Below are positions 8,568 to 12,076 of a DNA stretch of 12,076 bases, piece after piece. Origin of the DNA: Candidatus Eiseniibacteriota bacterium (GTDB lineage Bacteria; Eisenbacteria; RBG-16-71-46; SZUA-252); assembly GCA_031370645.1 (NCBI GenBank), contig JANMQV010000075.1:1-12076 (forward strand), written 5' to 3'. Under the pieces are notes generated by a model that saw only the letters and a list, made by a program, of their open reading frames with translations, did no database searches and was not told where the DNA came from. Every line of letters begins with the position of its first letter. The stretch's first letter is position 1. Made by a program: the position numbers and the translations under genes.

Positions 8568-8861
8568 ATGAGCTCGGAACCGAAGACGCTCAGCGTCATG
8601 ATTTTCGGAAGCGAGTACAAGATCAAGGGCGCCGACCCTGCCTACATTCAGGAAGTCGCCGCCTACGTGGATGGGAAGATGCGGGAGCTGGAGAGCCGGC
8701 TCGTTGGCGGAACGCCCACCAAGATCGCGATCCTTACGTCGATGAACGTCGCCGACGAGCTGTTCCGCCAGCGTGAAGAGCTGGGACGGCTCGAAGCAGA
8801 GCTACGCGAGCGCGCCCTGCGCTTGGAGCGTGCGCTCGGCGATTGTCTCGGCGACGTTTGA
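8568..8861 (+). CDS. zapA: Cell division protein ZapA, 97 aa
   Basis: V.IFGSEY.I...DPAYIQEVAAYVDGKM.E......T.KIAILTSMNVADELF is the ZapA signature, followed by a coiled coil. SD GAGG at 8558-8561 precedes ATG 8568. Confidence 0.92.
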   Translation: MSSEPKTLSVMIFGSEYKIKGADPAYIQEVAAYVDGKMRELESRLVGGTPTKIAILTSMNVADELFRQREELGRLEAELRERALRLERALGDCLGDV

Positions 8862-8930
8862 CCCGCCCGGCGGCGATCCCACGCGATTGGAGTCCCCTCG
8901 AATCCGCTTCGTAGCACATCGTTCACGATA

Positions 8931-9113
8931 AAAACCCTGCCATGCTCGTGCGGTACCAGGCAATTTTGAGCCACAAAGCCTCGACTGGGGGTCGGAATGA
9001 CCAGCGTAGTGCGTACCCGCCTCGCGCGGGCGGCACGAACCGGGTCCTAGGACACCCACCTGGATGTTTCAGGTTCAAAAGTCTCGCACCCACGGCATCG
9101 GCGGGGTCTTTTT
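8931..9113 (+). ncRNA. ssrS: 6S RNA
   Basis: About 180-nt long irregular hairpin downstream of zapA. Closing stem ACCCTGCC (8934-8941)/GGCGGGGT (9100-9107), then ATGCTCGTG/CACGGCAT, TTTTGAGCC (8964-8972)/GGTTCAAAA (9072-9080), a central bubble, and an apical stem GTGC/GCAC plus CCCGC/GCGGG (9016-9030). The CCCACCTG...CAGGTTCAA 3'-side element is typical of 6S RNAs, and zapA-ssrS synteny is established. Confidence 0.85.
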
Positions 9114-9134
9114 ATGGGGGGAGGTCCGTCCGCC

Positions 9135-10703
9135 ATGAGCATTAGTCCCTGGGTCCTCGCGCTCCTCGGGATCGCGATCGCCGCGCTGACATTCCTACTT
9201 GGATGGGTGGCGCACCGGAAGATCGGGGAAGGCAAAGTCTTCAACTCCGAGCAGTTGGCCGCGAAGATCGTTCGCGAAGCGGAGCGTGAAGCGGAAAATC
9301 TCAAGAAGAGCGCCGTCCTGGAAGCCAAGGACGAGATGTTCAAAGAGAAGACGAAGCTCGACAAGGAAGTTCAGGGGCAGAAGCAGGAGGTCCAGCGGGA
9401 AGAGCGGAAGCTCCAGGAGCTGGAGACGAACCTGAACCGCCGCGTCGAAGTTGTCGAAAAGAAGGAACGCGACCAGAAGCGCTTGGAGCGGGAGCTCGAA
9501 GTGAAGGCAGAGGCCCTCGCCGAGCGCGACATGGAGCTACAGCGGGTCCTCATCGAGCAGAATTCGCGGCTCCAGCGGATCAGCGGCATGACCGCCGACG
9601 AGGCGCGCCAGCAACTGATCTCCAACATGGAGCACGAGGCGAAGGTCGAAGCGGCCAAGCGGCTCCAGGAGATCCGCGAGGATCTTCATCGGAACGCCGA
9701 CAAGGAAGCGCGCGAAATCCTCACGCTCTCCATTCAGCGGATTGCGGCCGACCACTCGGCCGAATCGACCGTGGCGGTGGTGCACCTCCCGAGCGACGAG
9801 ATGAAGGGACGCATCATCGGCCGCGAAGGCCGAAACATCCGCGCCTTCGAGACAGCCACCGGCATCGACGTCATCATCGACGATACGCCGGAAGCGGTAA
9901 TCCTATCCGGGTTCGACCCCATTCGGAGAGAAGTCGCGAAGCGTTCGCTCGAACGGCTCGTGACCGACGGCCGCATTCATCCCGCCCGCATCGAGGAGAT
10001 CGTCGCGAAGGTTCAGAAGGAAGTGGAGACGCAGATCGTCGAGCTCGGCGAAGCCTCGATCCTCGAGGTCGGCGTTCACGGCATGCACCCCGAGATCGTG
10101 AAGCTCCTCGGCCGGCTGCAATACCGCACGTCCTACGGTCAGAACATCCTCCAGCATTCGAAGGAAGTCGCCTGGATCTGCGGCGTCATGGCGGGGCAGC
10201 TCGGGTTCGATATTCAAATCGCGAAGCGTTGCGGCCTCCTCCACGACCTCGGCAAGGCCATGACGCACGAGGTGGAGGGCGCGCACGCGCAGATCTCCAT
10301 GGAACTGGCGCAGAAATACGGCGAGCCCGATGTCGTCGTGAAGGCGGTGGGCTATCACCATCACGATCCGACGGCCGAGAATCTTTACGCCGTGCTGATC
10401 ATGGCGGCCGACGCCGTCTCCGGTGCGCGCCCCGGCGCCCGCCGCGAAAGCATCGAGAACTACGTGAAGCGGCTCGAGGCGCTCGAGAAGATCGCCAATT
10501 CGTTCCCCGGCGTGGAACGATCCTTCGCCATCCAGGCGGGGCGCGAAGTCCGCATCATGGTGGAACCGAAGTCCGTGGACGACGCGCGCGCCTATCAGTT
10601 GGCGAACGACGTGGCGCGCCGTGTGGAGCGGGAGCTTCAGTACCCGGGTCAGATCAAGGTCGTCGTGATCCGCGAAACGCGCGCCATGGAATACGCGAAG
10701 TAG
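9135..10703 (+). CDS. rny: Ribonuclease Y, 522 aa
   Basis: N-terminal TM anchor, long coiled coil, KH domain ([15 protein letters not shown]), HD domain ([33 protein letters not shown]) and C-terminal AIQAGREVR...[19 protein letters not shown] (9120-9125) favours ATG 9135 over ATG 9114. Confidence 0.98.
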   Translation: MSISPWVLALLGIAIAALTFLLGWVAHRKIGEGKVFNSEQLAAKIVREAEREAENLKKSAVLEAKDEMFKEKTKLDKEVQGQKQEVQREERKLQELETNLNRRVEVVEKKERDQKRLERELEVKAEALAERDMELQRVLIEQNSRLQRISGMTADEARQQLISNMEHEAKVEAAKRLQEIREDLHRNADKEAREILTLSIQRIAADHSAESTVAVVHLPSDEMKGRIIGREGRNIRAFETATGIDVIIDDTPEAVILSGFDPIRREVAKRSLERLVTDGRIHPARIEEIVAKVQKEVETQIVELGEASILEVGVHGMHPEIVKLLGRLQYRTSYGQNILQHSKEVAWICGVMAGQLGFDIQIAKRCGLLHDLGKAMTHEVEGAHAQISMELAQKYGEPDVVVKAVGYHHHDPTAENLYAVLIMAADAVSGARPGARRESIENYVKRLEALEKIANSFPGVERSFAIQAGREVRIMVEPKSVDDARAYQLANDVARRVERELQYPGQIKVVVIRETRAMEYAK

Positions 10704-10710
10704 AGGCGAC

Positions 10711-11523
10711 GTGAACCTCCTCTTCATCGCCGATATTTTCGGGGCGCCCGGCCGCCGCGCCGTGCGCGACCTGGTGCCGGAACTCGTCTCCTCCATGGGG
10801 ATCGACTTCGTGGTCGCGAACGTGGAGAACGCCGCGTCCGGCTTCGGCGTGACGAAGGAAATTATCGAGGAGATGAAGTCGCTCGGCATCGAGGCGATGA
10901 CGAGCGGGAATCACATCTGGGACCGGCGCGAGGCGCTGCCACTCCTCGATGAGGAACCGCTTCTCCTTCGTCCTCACAATTACCCTCCCGGCGTCCCGGG
11001 CCGCGGCGTCCACCTCTTCACCACGAAGGCGGGCGTCTCGATCGGGATTCTCAATTTGATGGGCCGCGTCTTCATGCGGGAATTGGATTGCCCGTTCCGC
11101 GCGGCCGACCGAGAAGTGGCGGCGCTTCGGGAGACGACTCCGATCATCCTGGTCGACTTCCACGCGGAGGCGACCGCAGAGAAGGTCGCGCTCGCGCATT
11201 ATCTCGACGGCCGAGTTTCGGCCGTGCTGGGCACCCACACGCACGTCCAGACCGCCGACGAGCGGATCCTCCCGGGTGGAACCGGCTTCCTCACCGATGC
11301 CGGCATGACGGGGCCCCACGATTCGATCATCGGCGTGAAGAAGGAGCAGGCGATTCAGAAATTCCTCAATCTCCTCCCGGTTCGCTTCGAGCCGGCCGCG
11401 GGAGAGACGAAACTCCAAGGCGTCCACTTGGAGATCGACGAGTCGACCGGTCGCTGCCTTCACATCGAGCGAATCTCGATCGCGCTGGAGCCCGCGGCCA
11501 CCCCGGTGATCTCGAAGGCGTGA
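10711..11523 (+). CDS. ymdB: YmdB-family (TIGR00282-type) metallophosphoesterase
   Basis: D.FG.PGR, N.EN.A.GFG, T.GNHIWD, LRP.NYP...PG.G, NLMGRVFM, DFHAEATAEK, GTHTHVQTADE and TD.GMTG..DS.IG motifs. The rny-ymdB gene order is conserved. Confidence 0.93.
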   Translation: MNLLFIADIFGAPGRRAVRDLVPELVSSMGIDFVVANVENAASGFGVTKEIIEEMKSLGIEAMTSGNHIWDRREALPLLDEEPLLLRPHNYPPGVPGRGVHLFTTKAGVSIGILNLMGRVFMRELDCPFRAADREVAALRETTPIILVDFHAEATAEKVALAHYLDGRVSAVLGTHTHVQTADERILPGGTGFLTDAGMTGPHDSIIGVKKEQAIQKFLNLLPVRFEPAAGETKLQGVHLEIDESTGRCLHIERISIALEPAATPVISKA

Positions 11524-11531
11524 GGGCCGAC

Positions 11532-12076
11532 GTGGACGCGACCGTTCTTGCCGGCGCGCCGCTCGCGGCCGAAATTCGGGAGTCGGTGGGGAAGCGGATC
11601 GCGGCACTCCTCGCGCGCGGCGTCACCCCCGGGCTCGCCATCGTGACGGTGGGCGAGCCCGCCTCCGGAAATCCCTACGTGCGCGCGAAGTGCCGCGCGG
11701 CCGAGGAACTCGGCGCCCGCGCGACGGTCACGCGGCTCCCGCTCGATAGCACCGAAACCTCCCTTCGCACCGCGCTTCGAGAGATCAGCGCCGACCCAGC
11801 CATCCACGGCGTCATCCTCCAGTTGCCGATCCCAGCACCCCTTCGCGACGAGCGGCACCTGGAAGACATCGCTCCGGAGAAGGACATCGACGGCATTCAT
11901 CCGCTGAACGTCGGCCGTTGGGTGAGCGGCCTCCTGGCGCATCGTCCCGCGACGCCACTCGGCATCGTGGAACTCCTGCGGCGCCATGCCGGGGATCTCT
12001 CCGGGAAGCATGCCGTCGTCGTCGGAAGAAGCCGCATTGTCGGCCGGCCGCTCTCGATCTTTCTGTCGGAGCGCTC
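11532..12076 (+). CDS. folD: Bifunctional methylenetetrahydrofolate dehydrogenase/cyclohydrolase, 3'-partial
   Basis: Manual translation from GTG 11532 gives MDATVLAGAPLAAEIRESV...PGLAIVTVG...YVRAKCRAAEELG...HGVILQLP...PEKDIDGIHPLNVG...PATPLGIVELL...GKHAVVVGRSRIVGRP. The frame is open to the window end. An in-frame GTG at 11520 (GTGA overlap with the ymdB stop) is an alternative start. Confidence 0.93.
   Translation, partial: MDATVLAGAPLAAEIRESVGKRIAALLARGVTPGLAIVTVGEPASGNPYVRAKCRAAEELGARATVTRLPLDSTETSLRTALREISADPAIHGVILQLPIPAPLRDERHLEDIAPEKDIDGIHPLNVGRWVSGLLAHRPATPLGIVELLRRHAGDLSGKHAVVVGRSRIVGRPLSIFLSER

Noticed and set aside
8551..8571. Mini-ORF MKRGSR whose TGA overlaps the zapA ATG
   Set aside because: zapA has its own SD, and the arrangement is expected by chance. 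There is no supporting evidence.
8858..8890. TTGACC overlapping the zapA stop as a possible -35 for the 6S RNA
   Set aside because: There is no acceptable -10 at 16-18 bp (CACGCG, ACGCGA, CGCGAT).
8942..9145. 67-aa ORF and antisense ORFs between zapA and rny
   Set aside because: The region is fully explained by 6S RNA base-pairing, and the translations have no protein-like features.

Overview
High-GC bacterial core-genome window with every supported gene on the + strand. Order: a 5'-truncated GT-C-type membrane glycosyltransferase, tRNA-Val(GAC), thrS, an L20-leader-like structured 5' UTR, infC (IF3, probable non-canonical ATC start that the ORF track misses), rpmI, rplT, pheS, pheT, a ZapB-like coiled-coil gene, zapA, a 6S RNA, rny (RNase Y), a YmdB-family metallophosphoesterase, and a 3'-truncated folD that is absent from the ORF track. 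I see no mobile element, CRISPR array, defence system, pseudogene or novel protein system. The gene content is housekeeping. The points of interest are regulatory: three sigma70-like promoters written into coding sequence (two use a stop codon as part of a -35 or -10 box), an extended L20-type leader with no terminator but a possible anti-SD switch, and a 6S RNA abutting the rny ribosome-binding site. All calls are by eye and from recalled family motifs. No searches or folding programs were run.
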